From assembly GCF_036321535.1 (NCBI RefSeq), contig NC_087438.1, forward strand, positions 12,960,001 to 13,024,000: a stretch of 64,000 nucleotides of DNA, given 5' to 3'. The DNA is from Camelus dromedarius (lineage: Eukaryota). The position numbers and the translations under genes were made by a program. Shown here piece after piece: positions 39,976-52,000 of the stretch. How positions within the stretch are numbered: position 1 is the stretch's first letter; each line of letters begins with the position of its first letter. A model generated the notes under the pieces. It searched no databases. It was not told the DNA's origin and worked only from the letters and a program-made list of their open reading frames with translations.

Positions 39976-41523
39976 TTGCTAAGCTTTAAAAACAATTTTT
40001 GAAAGATATATGATAACATTCTGATTTAAAAGAATTAAGAAAATTAGTCATATTGGCTATTAAGCCTTATAGAATCACAATTCAAAGCCTTATATATCAT
40101 TATTCATTTATCACTGATTTTAGAACATAGTAAGATTGGACATAGTTACAAATATACTGCACCTATTATCCCTTTTATTCAGATAAAAGAGAGATACAGC
40201 ATAGCAATTTGGATTGGCTTGATGATTTTCTCCTTTGGTTGGCTCATGTTTAGATACTCTGAAACATACAACCCTCAACTGCAATTCCATGTGACGTGCA
40301 TCTAAGGATGAATTCTTAAATCAGTGGCATTGCCTGTGATCTTCTACATCTTTCTGGTTCTTTTTCATTTTCCCAGTCCTCACAACCTAACTTCCCTTCC
40401 TGCACATTTGCAGATCACAGTCTGTCTCTGTGGAAATTTCCATCCAAATGATGACTTGCATTTTAAGACTGGAAAAACCATAGGCAGAAAAATGGTGGTT
40501 TTTATTTCCTGGGTTGTCTTTATCACAGATTGAAGGAGGAAAGTCCAGGGCTTCTCCATCTTTTTTTTTTATAACTGCAGCAAAAGCCTATTTCACTTGT
40601 CCTCTGTTGCCATGGTTACAAGCTTTCCCATTCCAACAGGTCAATACAAGCTTTCAGTTTACATAAGGTCATGGGTAATTCATCTCAGCATTGCGCTAAC
40701 AAAAACCCAGCTCTTCTCTCCTCATGTAAGAGGATAATCTATCAAGCCCCTGAAAGCACAATTAGTTCTGATTTCCATAATTTATTATTCTCAGTCTCAT
40801 TCTCTTGTTTGTGGCTTTGTGCTAATGTTCAAGTACTTCAAATAAAAGACAGGTTTTGGTACTATAGCAACCTTAACAGTTCCCTATACCACTAAAGCTC
40901 TAAATTGGCTATTTTGCTAGCAACACTCCATTTATTTTATAATGAATATATTTAATAAAGCTATTATTTAATTAGGCATCACTTAAAAAGTATAATACAG
41001 GTCAAGTGGGAGAAATTTTGGCCAAGTATTAAGACATCTACTGATACATTGTTCTCATTGTTCACCAGCGACAGGTATGTTGTTGGCTTTTAAATGCCCA
41101 GTAAGAGCAAATAATGGAAATCAAGATATTAACTTCATTGAAGGTATGGTCAGATGGAATTCTGTTTCTTCGGGGCAGAACAAAAGATTTTGAGCTCGGG
41201 TAGTGGCAGGGAATGAATGAGAATCCTTGTAATGAGAGGCAGAGGAAAGATTATCCATTATATGTGAGAACAGATTTTATGTGAATAGATTGAAAAAAGC
41301 ACACATGCATGTACACACATAAGCACACAATATATCCAGCCTTTTCTTAGAAAGGGATGGTTTTCTATTCATATTTTTATTTGCATAAAATATGGATCAG
41401 GAAGGTAACAAAAAGGTGAACACTAAGGAGTGGTGAGGACTTTGGTGAACTGAAAGGCCCGATTCATATAAAAGTGTTCCCCCCAACGTTTTTCAACTTT
41501 TCGGTAACTGTAAACCGTATAGG

Positions 41524-41627
41524 TAGTATAACCATACATCCTCATATGCCTGGGACTGTCAGGTTTCATGTCCATGGTCATTTTCTAAAGCATCTTCATT
41601 TAGGTGGCAGATCACATGGTCACCCTA
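41524..41627. mobile_element. MER94/MER81-like hAT-Blackjack MITE
   Basis: Terminal 'tag..taaccata...gcctgggactgtc' and 'atggtcacccta'. Confidence 0.6.
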
Positions 41628-42444
41628 CAAACACAACATAGAAGTGGAGCTCATTTCTATCTGGGTGCCAGTTTGGAATCTCTTGTACTAAGGTTTCCCC
41701 AAACAGTGTGCTACATGATGACAGGTTAGTAGAAATCTTGTCCTAAAATGAAAGGAGGTTGTAAAAACAATTTTCAATTAATGGAAGAAATGTGATTTCT
41801 CTGATAAAAGGAAGCAGTGTCAATAGCATTGCTTTACTGAGAATTAAATTTTTCAAATGTTCTTACAATTGATAGCATTTGTAAATTTTTCAATGATTTG
41901 CCTAAGCTGGTTAAAACAGAGCTTTCACATACATAAAGTGCAAGTATCTTCTGGACACCCCTATGTGTAATTATTCCTGCTTTATCTTCTTGGATTAATT
42001 CAGTAACTTTCACACTCTTTTTAGCCATTGAAACTCCTTTTACAATAAATATTAGACAGACTCCCACTGTATAGTAGCAGAGAAGCTGTGACTGAAGTCT
42101 AAGAAGGTAGTGGAATGGAGGCATCTGAGCTGTTCTTGTTCTGCATCCCTTTGTCTACTCTGCATCCTTCCACCAAGGTGGCCCTAAGAACACTCTGTAG
42201 AACTCTAGCACTCTGAAAACATGATCTCAAAGAAACACCAGTCTAGTGGGAAAAATATGGACTTTAAAGTCAGACTTTGACCAGAATCCTCACTCAACGT
42301 TTAGAAATGGTGTGTCCCTGGATGTAGCTTAAACTGGGTTACTCTCTGATAAACTTGAGATGTAGGGACGAAGTACAGAATTCATGATGTAATTAAATAG
42401 TATTTCTGATGCCTGTGGACCATTCTCAAGGTTTACCTTTCTGC

Positions 42445-42610
42445 TGTCTAGATTCTCACCCTGCCTGTGAATCTGAATCACTGGGGATCTTTTTTTAAAT
42501 AGACATGTCATTTTCTACTCAAAACCTACTGATGGAGGATCCTCAGTGTTTGGACCCATGAATCTGATTGTAAAACTGCCCAGTTGGCCACTGTTAAGAA
42601 CGACTGCACT
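42445..42610. mobile_element. MER5-like hAT fossil
   Basis: 'gaatcactggggatctttttttaaata' ... 'gttaagaacgactgc'. Confidence 0.5.
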
Positions 42611-44299
42611 GTATTCTCTTATACAAGTATTTTTTACCTCTGTCCAAAGTCTATGCATCCATCATCTCCCACTCTTCCCTTACGCCTGACTTGAAATATT
42701 TATCTGTGGATGGTAAATTGGATGACAGCACAATCTCTTATAGCCAAGATGTCCATGTTCCAGCCCTGGTGCTACCAGTGATGAGCTAACACTGGACACT
42801 TTACATCTTTGGGCTCCAGTTGCTGTATCTGAAAAATGGGCTTGTGGCAAGCAGCAAATCAACATTTAGACTGGTGCCTAAAACATAGTAAGTAGTTCAA
42901 AATATTAATGCTCATTACCAAAATTACTTGGGTATTCTTTTCTTTATCATTTTACATCCAGCCTTGAACTCATTTTTTCTTTTCTTAAAAACAAAATAAA
43001 AAACACAAAAAGTCAAACACCCTTCAATTTGCATAATTTTTAAAAATGAATAGCATTCTCTGAGTAATGCAGATTAAAAATTTTGGAGACATTTTATCCT
43101 TCCCTATTTGGCTTTTATGTGCCATAAGAGATGTGCTCTTGAACCTAGCATCTATAGTACAGAAATATCCAATTGACAAGGGCTTTTATCTTTTTATCTT
43201 TAATTCCATTCTTCAAATCTCTTTCTGAATAATATTCCTTGGTATCTATTTTATGATTATATCACTTCTTAAATCAAAGAGTATTTAAAATATTTCCAGT
43301 GCCTAACAAACAAAATACAGTGTCCTTAGCATGGATTTCAAATATAATCCTGATAAATGATTCAAAGAAGTAGAGGATGCCATGAGTGGAGCAGCCTTGC
43401 CATTGGTGGGCAATCTGAAATTGAACATTTTATAAAGTTGTAATTCTTGATACCTTAGGAGAGCATTAACAGGTTTCTTATGTCAGCAATAAGTGAGATG
43501 TTTGTCTCTTTGATATGTAATCAGAATTGTTTTTACTTTTATCTACTACTCAAGTTTTGCCTACTCACAAAGTGGGTCTGTTCAGTGCTTCTCCAGTTAT
43601 CTTGTCAATGGATATGTAGAAGTAGGTGGTGTTTCTAATTCCACTATTCTCTCCCTCTAGCACAATGTCAGATTCATCATAATCTTTGCAAAACTGTTTG
43701 TTGAATGAATACATGGATGAATGTAAGAGCAATCGTCACTCTTTATTGAAATTAACAGACATAATTTAACTCTATTCTGTACATTTTTAGGTGAGGGCAC
43801 TGATGTATTATTCTATATAGCTAGTATAGGAATCATGGCTTTGAGACGTGTTTAGTATTAATGATGCTGAGAAAAATTTCCCCCTTCATTGTACTTTAAC
43901 TGAATAACTGTTTTGTATACAAAGCATTTAAGGTACAAGTGTAGATACAGATAACAGTCCATGCATTTCTTGATAAGCTGAGGTCTAATTATAAGTCTTT
44001 TGCAGGTTAAGTGAATTGAGCATTCTCTATATGAGTGTATGTATATGTCTTACACATAAGAAAACAGACTCATACATATACATTTGTAGGTATGTATGAG
44101 TGCATGATAGATGTATATAACAACACTAATAAAATTGTAATTGAAATTATTATCATTATGAAGTACATAATAGTTCTAGACTGGACCAAAGGAAAATTAT
44201 TACTTATTTTCTTCTTATGTTTAAATGCAGAATTCTTACAGATACAAAAATTCTTTTGCTATAAATATGGTTCCAAAATACACAGAAGTCTTCCTCTTA

Positions 44300-45810
44300 T
44301 AAAAGTGTACCTAAACTGTACAGAAAACTATGATGTCAGTTAAAAAAAATTGAAGACAACACAAACAATTGAAAAGATATACTGGGCTCATGAACTGGAA
44401 GAATTAATATTGTTAAAATGACCATACTCTCCAAGGCAATCTACAGATTCAATGCAATCCCTATCAAAATACCAATGGCATTTTTCACACAACTGAAAAA
44501 AGAATTCTAAAATTTGTATGGAAATGTAAAATACCCTTAACAGCCAAAACAATCTTGAGAAAGAAGAACAAAGCTGGAGGTATCATGCTCTCTGATTTCA
44601 AACTAGATTACAGGGTATAGCCATCAAAACAGTATGATATGAGCACAAAAACAAATACAGAGATCAATGGAACAGAATAGAGAGCCCAGAAATGAACCCA
44701 CATTTACATGGTCAATTAATCTACAACAAAGATGGCAAGAATATACAATGGTAGAAAAGATAGCCTCTTCCTACTGCTTTGTTCATTGCAGCATTATTCA
44801 TAATAACCAGTATGGAAGCAACCTAAGTGCCCATCCATAGATGAATGAATAAAGATGTGAGATAAATATATATGTGTATATATATACAAACACACACACA
44901 TATATATATCACTTCTTAAATCAAAGAGTATTTAAAATGTATAATATATAATGGAATATTATTCAGCTATATAAAAGAATGGAATCTTGCCATTTGAGAC
45001 AACATGGATGGGCCTAAAGGGTATTATGCTAAGTAAAATAATTCTAAGACAAATACCTTATGATTTCACTTATATGTGAAATCTAAAATGAATACAAATG
45101 AACAAAGATAACAAAATAGAAGCAGAGTCATAGATACAGAGAACAAACAGATAGTTGCCAGAGGGGAGGAGGGAGAGGAGAGGAAAGAAAAAGATGAAGG
45201 AGAGGAAGTATAAACTTGCAGTTACAAAATAAATGAGTCACAGGAATGAAATGTGCTTTGTCAATATAGTCAAAAACTGTTTAACAAATTTTATGTGATG
45301 TTGCAACTAGACCTACAGTGACCATTTTGAAATGTATAGAAATGTCGAATCACAATGTCATGTAACAGGAACTAACGTGGTGTTGTAGGAAGACTATACT
45401 TCAAAACAAACAAGCAAGCAAACAAACTCGTAGGAAAAGAGATCAGATTTGTGGTTACCAGAGGCAGGGGTGGAGTGAGGGGGATTGGATGAAGGTGGTC
45501 AAAAGGTACAAAATTCCACTTATACGTTAAGTAAGTACTAGGGATGTAATATAAAACATGATTAATATAATTAACACTGCTGCATGTTATATAGGAAAGT
45601 TGTTAAGAGAATAAATCCTAAGAGTTCTTATCAGCGGAAAAAAATTTTTTTTTCTTTTATTTTGTATTTATGAGATGATGGATGTTCACTAAATTTATTG
45701 TAGTCACAATTTCATGATGTAAGTCAAATCATTATTCTGAACACCTTAAATTGATACAGTGTTTTCAATAAAATTTCAATAAAACTGAAAGAAAACAAAT
45801 TAAAAAAAAA
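44300..45810 (+). mobile_element. Laurasiatherian L1 (L1MA9-derived type): ORF2 fragment with an internal deletion and a long bipartite 3' UTR
   Basis: 'gaagaattaatattgttaaaatgaccatactc.ccaaggcaatctacagattcaatgcaatccctatcaaaataccaatggc'. Jump at ~44770. Two successive 3'UTR-like modules ending 'tcaataaaactgaaagaaaa'. Confidence 0.88.
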
Positions 45811-46915
45811 GAAAAGCTAAAAATGATACTAAATAGAAGTTCAATAATGAAAAGGGCAATTGAAAGTTTTAATATGTATAACTCGGATTAGTATTCTAAC
45901 TTAAACATGCAAGATTAGACTTGCTAAATAATGCTTTTCCTCTACTTGAGCTGTAAGGCAAAGCATTTTAATGTTAATATATCATTTTTAACCAGCTTTA
46001 CTTTTGGGATATTTAAAAATTTCTAACATGTTTGTTTTCCCTTGTGTTCTTTTTGCTCTTCAATCCTTTATTTTTCTTCCAATTATATTAGCCAGATGGC
46101 TTACAAGGATCCAGTTCTCAACCTTATGATGCCTTCAGTTGCTCACTTGATCCAAATTTCTGATATTTAAGGGAAAAAAAATCTAGTAAGAATAAAGATC
46201 AGATAATTATGTTTCACATTTAAATTAGTTATTTCTAAATACTTAACAAGCCACATATAAAAATAAGTATCAAATAATTGACTAATATTGGAGTTAAAAT
46301 TTTATTTAGGGTCAAATGTCTTCAAGTGGACTTAAATTTAATGAATCATTATATATCCAGAAGTCAATATAAACTTTTTTTCTTAGATTGATTTTGTTGT
46401 AAATGTAAGCATAATCAGAGTAGATGTTGGCCTAAACTCCTAATCAATTCTTCCTATAAAATTGCTTGATTAATCAATCCAATCCCACTGATATTATTAG
46501 GTTTCTCTTACATTTATTAAATAGAAACATAGCCTCTATCTGAGTTATCAATTCTGAGATATTGATTATCTTGTCTCACCTATAACACATTAATTAATGT
46601 GCTTTTAAAAAAATATGTGTTAATATTTTCCAAGGCAGGGTTATTGACACACATTTCATTTTCATTATGTCTTTCTTTGAAACTGTTTCTTTAATTGAAC
46701 CTTAGATAGTTCATGAAATTTTTAAATAATGGATTTTGCTTATAATTTCATTAGCTATTATTAGCATGGGGATATGATATATTACATTATTCAAGTTTCT
46801 GATTTAGAATCATGAATATGTATTTACTTAGTCAAAACTCCTTTCATATAACATATAAATTTTATAGTTTTAACTTCTTTTGTTGCACTTATTTCTTGTA
46901 ATAGTTATGTTAACA

Positions 46916-46960
46916 TTTTTAATGTATATTTTTATTGAAGTATAGTCAGTTTACAATGTT
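46916..46960 (-). mobile_element. ~40-bp L1 terminal fragment
   Basis: 'tttttattgaagtatagtcagtttacaatgtt' is the reverse complement of the lineage L1 tail seen at 2310-2335 and 28114-28140. ATGTTA flanks both sides. Confidence 0.7.
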
Positions 46961-47463
46961 ACACTGAAGTCAGACTCATCTCTCCTCCTGACTGCTGCCT
47001 GATTCTTGGACCAATGTGGAGTTCAGTCATTAGACAACAGGGAATTGCCTGTTAAGTAAGCAATCAGTCCCTGTCAACACTTGTCTCTTTGTCTAGCATT
47101 TCTGGGCAGAATTTATGCAATTCATGAAAAATAGAGCCCTCAGATTTTTCCAAGATCTTACTATATTTGACAAAATTGATTTGGTTTTCTTTTAATATGA
47201 ATGGTATGAGTGCTATAAGATGGAACAAAGTACAAAATAATATGCAGAAAAAATACATATGCATATTTGTTTACACAGGAAACAAGCCCATGAATACAAA
47301 AACGGTGGGGTAGGAGGGCTGTTAGTTCAGATGTAATTAACATAATCTCATCTCTTGCCCCATGAGGTGCTCCCTACGTCTTTTGAATGGATTGAGTTGG
47401 AGGATAGGAATTCTACTTGCAATAGACTTACAGGAGAGGCTGTGTATTATTTTCCAAGGCAAC

Positions 47464-47900
47464 AGTCTTATGTCGGATTTCCCTCAAGCAGGCCCTGAAA
47501 CACGGATTTATGTGAAAGTATTTACTGAGACATTTCCAGAAAAAACAGTAGGGGAATGGAGAAGTGGAAGCACACATTGGAAAGAAGTCAAACAAGGGAG
47601 TGTTTTCAAGCTGAGTCCCACAGAGGGAGGTTCTGGCTCAATCCCGCTGGAGAAATCTGGATTAAAGTCCAGTATCAGAGATGTCTAGACCAGGGAAGGG
47701 TAACTAGGGTTCCTAGCCCACTACACTCCCCAGTTTTAATAAAAAATGTGCTGGCAGGAGGAAGGCACACGCTCCCAGTCACTGTGCTTCTCGGTTCACC
47801 TCGGAAAAGTGACATCCGAGGACAACTTTGCCATAAAGAGATCCGGGTGCCAGCTTTGGGAAGTGGTACACACCAGAGAGAAAATACTAAGGTTAACAAA
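47464..47900 (-). mobile_element. Old ERVL LTR (LTR67B/LTR79-like)
   Basis: 'gtcttatgtcggatttccctcaagcaggccctgaaacacggattt..gtgaaagtatttact...cagtaggggaatggagaagtg'. Confidence 0.65.
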
Positions 47901-48039
47901 GCACATGTGGGATTAGTACTAACAGATTTGAGCAGCAACTGGCGGTCACAGGATGAGGATTACCCTTCCCTTTAAGACGGTGGTCTGGGACGGAACGCAC
48001 AGTACCTCCGAGTACACCTGCGCTCGGTCTCCTCCCCAT

Positions 48040-48290
48040 TCCACACCATGCCGTCACCGTTGTACCTTGTACGCACGTCTAATATCATTCCTATATTTAT
48101 TGTGTTACATAGCACCCTTAAAAATACTTGTTTATATTTATGTCTGTTTCTGCTGCCGGCTTGTAAAATGTCTTCATGCAAAGATGGTGTCTTAATGATT
48201 TGGAATCTCATTTCTAGAAAAATGTATCATGCATAGCAAATCTCAGAAAACGTGTATCGAAAGAAGGCGTAATTATGAATCAATAAATTA
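48040..48290 (+). mobile_element. L2 3' end
   Basis: 'tatttattgtgttacatagcacccttaaaa..tgtttatatttatgtctg..tgtaaaatgtcttcatg'. Confidence 0.55.
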
Positions 48291-48925
48291 ATAAACTAAC
48301 GACTGAAATGTAACTTTAGAAAACCTGCCTGAGATAAACCAAGATATGGCTTTATAAAAAAATTTTGCCATAGCTGGTCTCAAATTTCAGTGATTTCATA
48401 ATTTACCCAGCTAACACTAGCATATACCCCATATGAAAAATACTCTGCTTGGTGGAACAATTTCAGATCTGTTGGGATAAAAAAGCATTAACATGTTGAC
48501 ATATATTTATTTTTATCTTTATAATACTTTGTAGTAAAATTTTCCATATTATTTGTTCACCTTATTGAATCACCTTTTCACCTTATTGAATTTCACTGTG
48601 TCTATATGCTTTTATTTCCTTTTAAAAAATATTTTGAATGGCTTAATATTGTTATGGTGTTGTACATAACACAAACTGAAAACAACTTATTCAAATTATG
48701 AATCAAAGAAGTCAGACAAGATTAACCAGAGACAGAAGATTTCACATAAGAGACAAAGACAAACATACAGAGTTAACTCTCACTCCTGCTCTATACTCGT
48801 CCTCTCTCAGAATAAGTAAAAGAATAACTTTGGCTCCCATCAGACAGTAGATAATAAACAAAACCATCAGGCAGTAATTTGAAAAAATTATTTGGGAAAT
48901 TTTAGATTTTTAGAGAGTCTTCCAA

Positions 48926-49006
48926 TTTATATATATATATTATATATATATTTTATATATATATTATATTATATATATAATATATATTATATTATATATA
49001 TATATT
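48926..49006. repeat. (TA)n-rich low-complexity tract
   Basis: About 80 bp of A/T only. Confidence 0.9.
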
Positions 49007-52000
49007 CTTTTTTAAAATGAATGTTAGTAATTAGTTAAGATGAGTGCTTTGGTTGAACTCAAGGTCTAAAGAAAGAAGAAAATATTCATACTTATATGGC
49101 TATTATAACTTGGGGACCAAAAGCTGACAAATACAGCCTTTATTCATCATCACTTGTGAACAATTCTAAGGTCACGTGAAGTTTTTGAAAAGCAATTCCA
49201 TCCTTACCCCCAAATTTTTTTTTCTCCCAGATGCACAAATTATTTAATATTAAGAAATATATTAATGGATTTTATTAAGGATAATAGTTATAAGAGAAAA
49301 TAAAACATGTAACCATCCTAACATATGATTAAAAGACACTTTTGTGAAAGATACATAAAAAATATTAATGGTGGTTTTCTTTTGTGGATAAAGTGATTTT
49401 TACTTATACATTTTTTGTTGACCTGCTATATGTCTTGTTTTTTAACAAAGATTTTCATTACTGTTAGTAGCAGAATAAAAATAATGATATAAGAAAAATA
49501 TCCTACAAAGAGCTACTTATTTGAATCTTGCTCTTAAACACAGGCTGGTTCAGGTGAGGCTTAGAGCCACCAGGGGCCACATAAAGTTGCTGGAACTTTA
49601 GGTGAACCAAAGAGGGGTATCCTGTAAGGCCGTCCAAGGTAGCATTGCAAAATTTAAGGACCAAAATCAATACAAAGAAGTAAGCTAGTCAATTTATAAA
49701 TGATTTGCCCTGCCATCCCCATTCATCTTGCTCATTTTTTAGTCTTCAATATCACTTGTAAAGAAAGAAAATATTGCTGACCACTCTATCCATTATATGG
49801 TTTTCAATAAGCAGTTGGAAACACGCAGCTTTGCTTTTTGTCATTTGTAGCATTAACCACAGTTTGACATTTATTTATTAAAAATTGAATGAATGTTAGA
49901 CGGAAAAAGTGAATGGATAAATACATAGATGAAGTCAAAATAGAGGGCCATGGGAAAAATGGATGGAACGGGAATAAAAAGAGAAACTGGTGTCTGAGAC
50001 AGACATAGTTATGAGAAACAGTTCAACATAACATTCATTACTGAAAGAATAAAACAATAAACCTTGGGGAACTTCTCTTCAGTAGAATCCCATGAATTTT
50101 ATATAAAAATTTGGCAGCTTATAAGAACTCATCAAGCTGGAAAGAAAATCAAGCAACAGTATATACTTCAAGTCATTTGGTTAAGGCACAGGATAAGATC
50201 AAGGTAGAAATTGCTGGATGTCTAAAAAGCTGCAATATAATTAGTTGATATGTTCTTGTTGATGACTGTTGCCTCTGAAAGCTTAATGTTTTAAAAAATG
50301 ACTAAAGCTAAGATCAAGTATCTTCCAGAACATAAAGTAAATTTATTATTAGATTTCCTAATAAATCAAACCTATTATTTAACCATATGTTTGATGAAAT
50401 ATTCCTTTCTATTCCTTCTTAGGAGTGGTATCACAAATTGTTGGTGAATATAATTGAAAGAATTGTCCATGTATTAGTTGGATCGTGATGTTTTTCTTCT
50501 TTAGTTAATGTATTAAATTATCTAAGATGTAAGTCTTACCTTGAATTCCTGGGGTAACTCCAACTTTGCCTTTATGCTTGATCTGCTTTCTTAATTGTTA
50601 GTTCCTTTTAAAATAGGCTCAATTCTAAGTCTGATATTATAAAAACTAGTAGCGTAAAAACACAAATTTAGTAAACATATTACTTATAAAGGCTTTCCGA
50701 CAGACTACAAATCATGTGTAAAGAACCACCCACCAATCAACTATTGATGAAATAAAAAGGGGTCATGTGCAACTTTCATGAAGAGTATCACCACCACAAA
50801 GCTAGATTCTGGGGAATGGCTTTTTGGGGGAGATATGATTTTTTATATTTGTTTTGGTAATGCAGAATTAAAACAAAATAAAAATAACCATGATGAGCTT
50901 AAATTGTTTACATTTTATGTGAGAAAGAACATTTTTTACTGACTTTTGCTCTGACTTGCAACTTCTCACAAAAGCAATGTGAGCATTTACACTTTAAGAC
51001 AAGAATGCCACCAAAGCTCTTCCAAGGAACGTGTAAGCTTTTTTTCTGAGTAATATAAGTAACAATTGCTGAACAGATTCTCCACTACTAATTGTAATGA
51101 CAGTTAATTTATTTCCTCTTTTGTCTGGACCTAAAGTTGTATAATTCATACTAATAGCACATAATGAAATCTACACCAATACTCTCTGAAGGAGTGGTAC
51201 TATCCGGGGAACGGCTTTGACTAGAAAATCTAGGTGGTACTTCAGCATCCCATTATCCTAGTCAGTATCCTCAAATACATATCACGTTGTAAATGCTTAC
51301 TAATTTTTCAATTTTGTAAAATGCAAAAGTGAAATAACCTAAGAACAGACAAGAAAAGGGTAAAAGAGTTTTTCTATGCAAGTCATACATAAGAAAATGG
51401 CTACCAGCAGGAAAACCTTATTCATCACATTTTTGTGTGAGTTTAAACAACGTATATTAAGTCTTTCTTTTTTTAAAGAATAACCCTTTAATGGGAGCAT
51501 CAAAGACAAATGATTTTACTTGTTTGAAAACCTACTTTTGTCCATTTGTAAAGAAGAGAAAAATTTATGAATTTTTAGACACCAGTATTTGTATAATTTT
51601 ACAGGCATTCAACATTTTTCACTCTTACACTGTAAATTTATTTTAATGCAAATTAGTTAATATATCAGCTCTGAAACCATATCCGTTATTTGAAACATCC
51701 CTTTCCCCTAGTTCTTTCTTTAAAATCTTATGCCACTTCTGTTGCCTGAGCTTAATTTAAAATCTGTGCTTGTTCGTCCTCCCAATATTGTACAGCCAAT
51801 TCCTAACCCCCTGGGTTTTTACCATTCTTCCCCCAACCCCGACCCCAGTCTTCTACGTTATTTTCTCCAGGAGTGAATACATTGATGGAAAGGCTTTCCT
51901 TTAATTATTGACCTTGAACTGTGGAATGCATTAGAGAATGAGAGAAAAGCTTATTCGTCTGAAATGTTGCCCAGCTGTCATTTTCTGTAGGCTAAATTAA

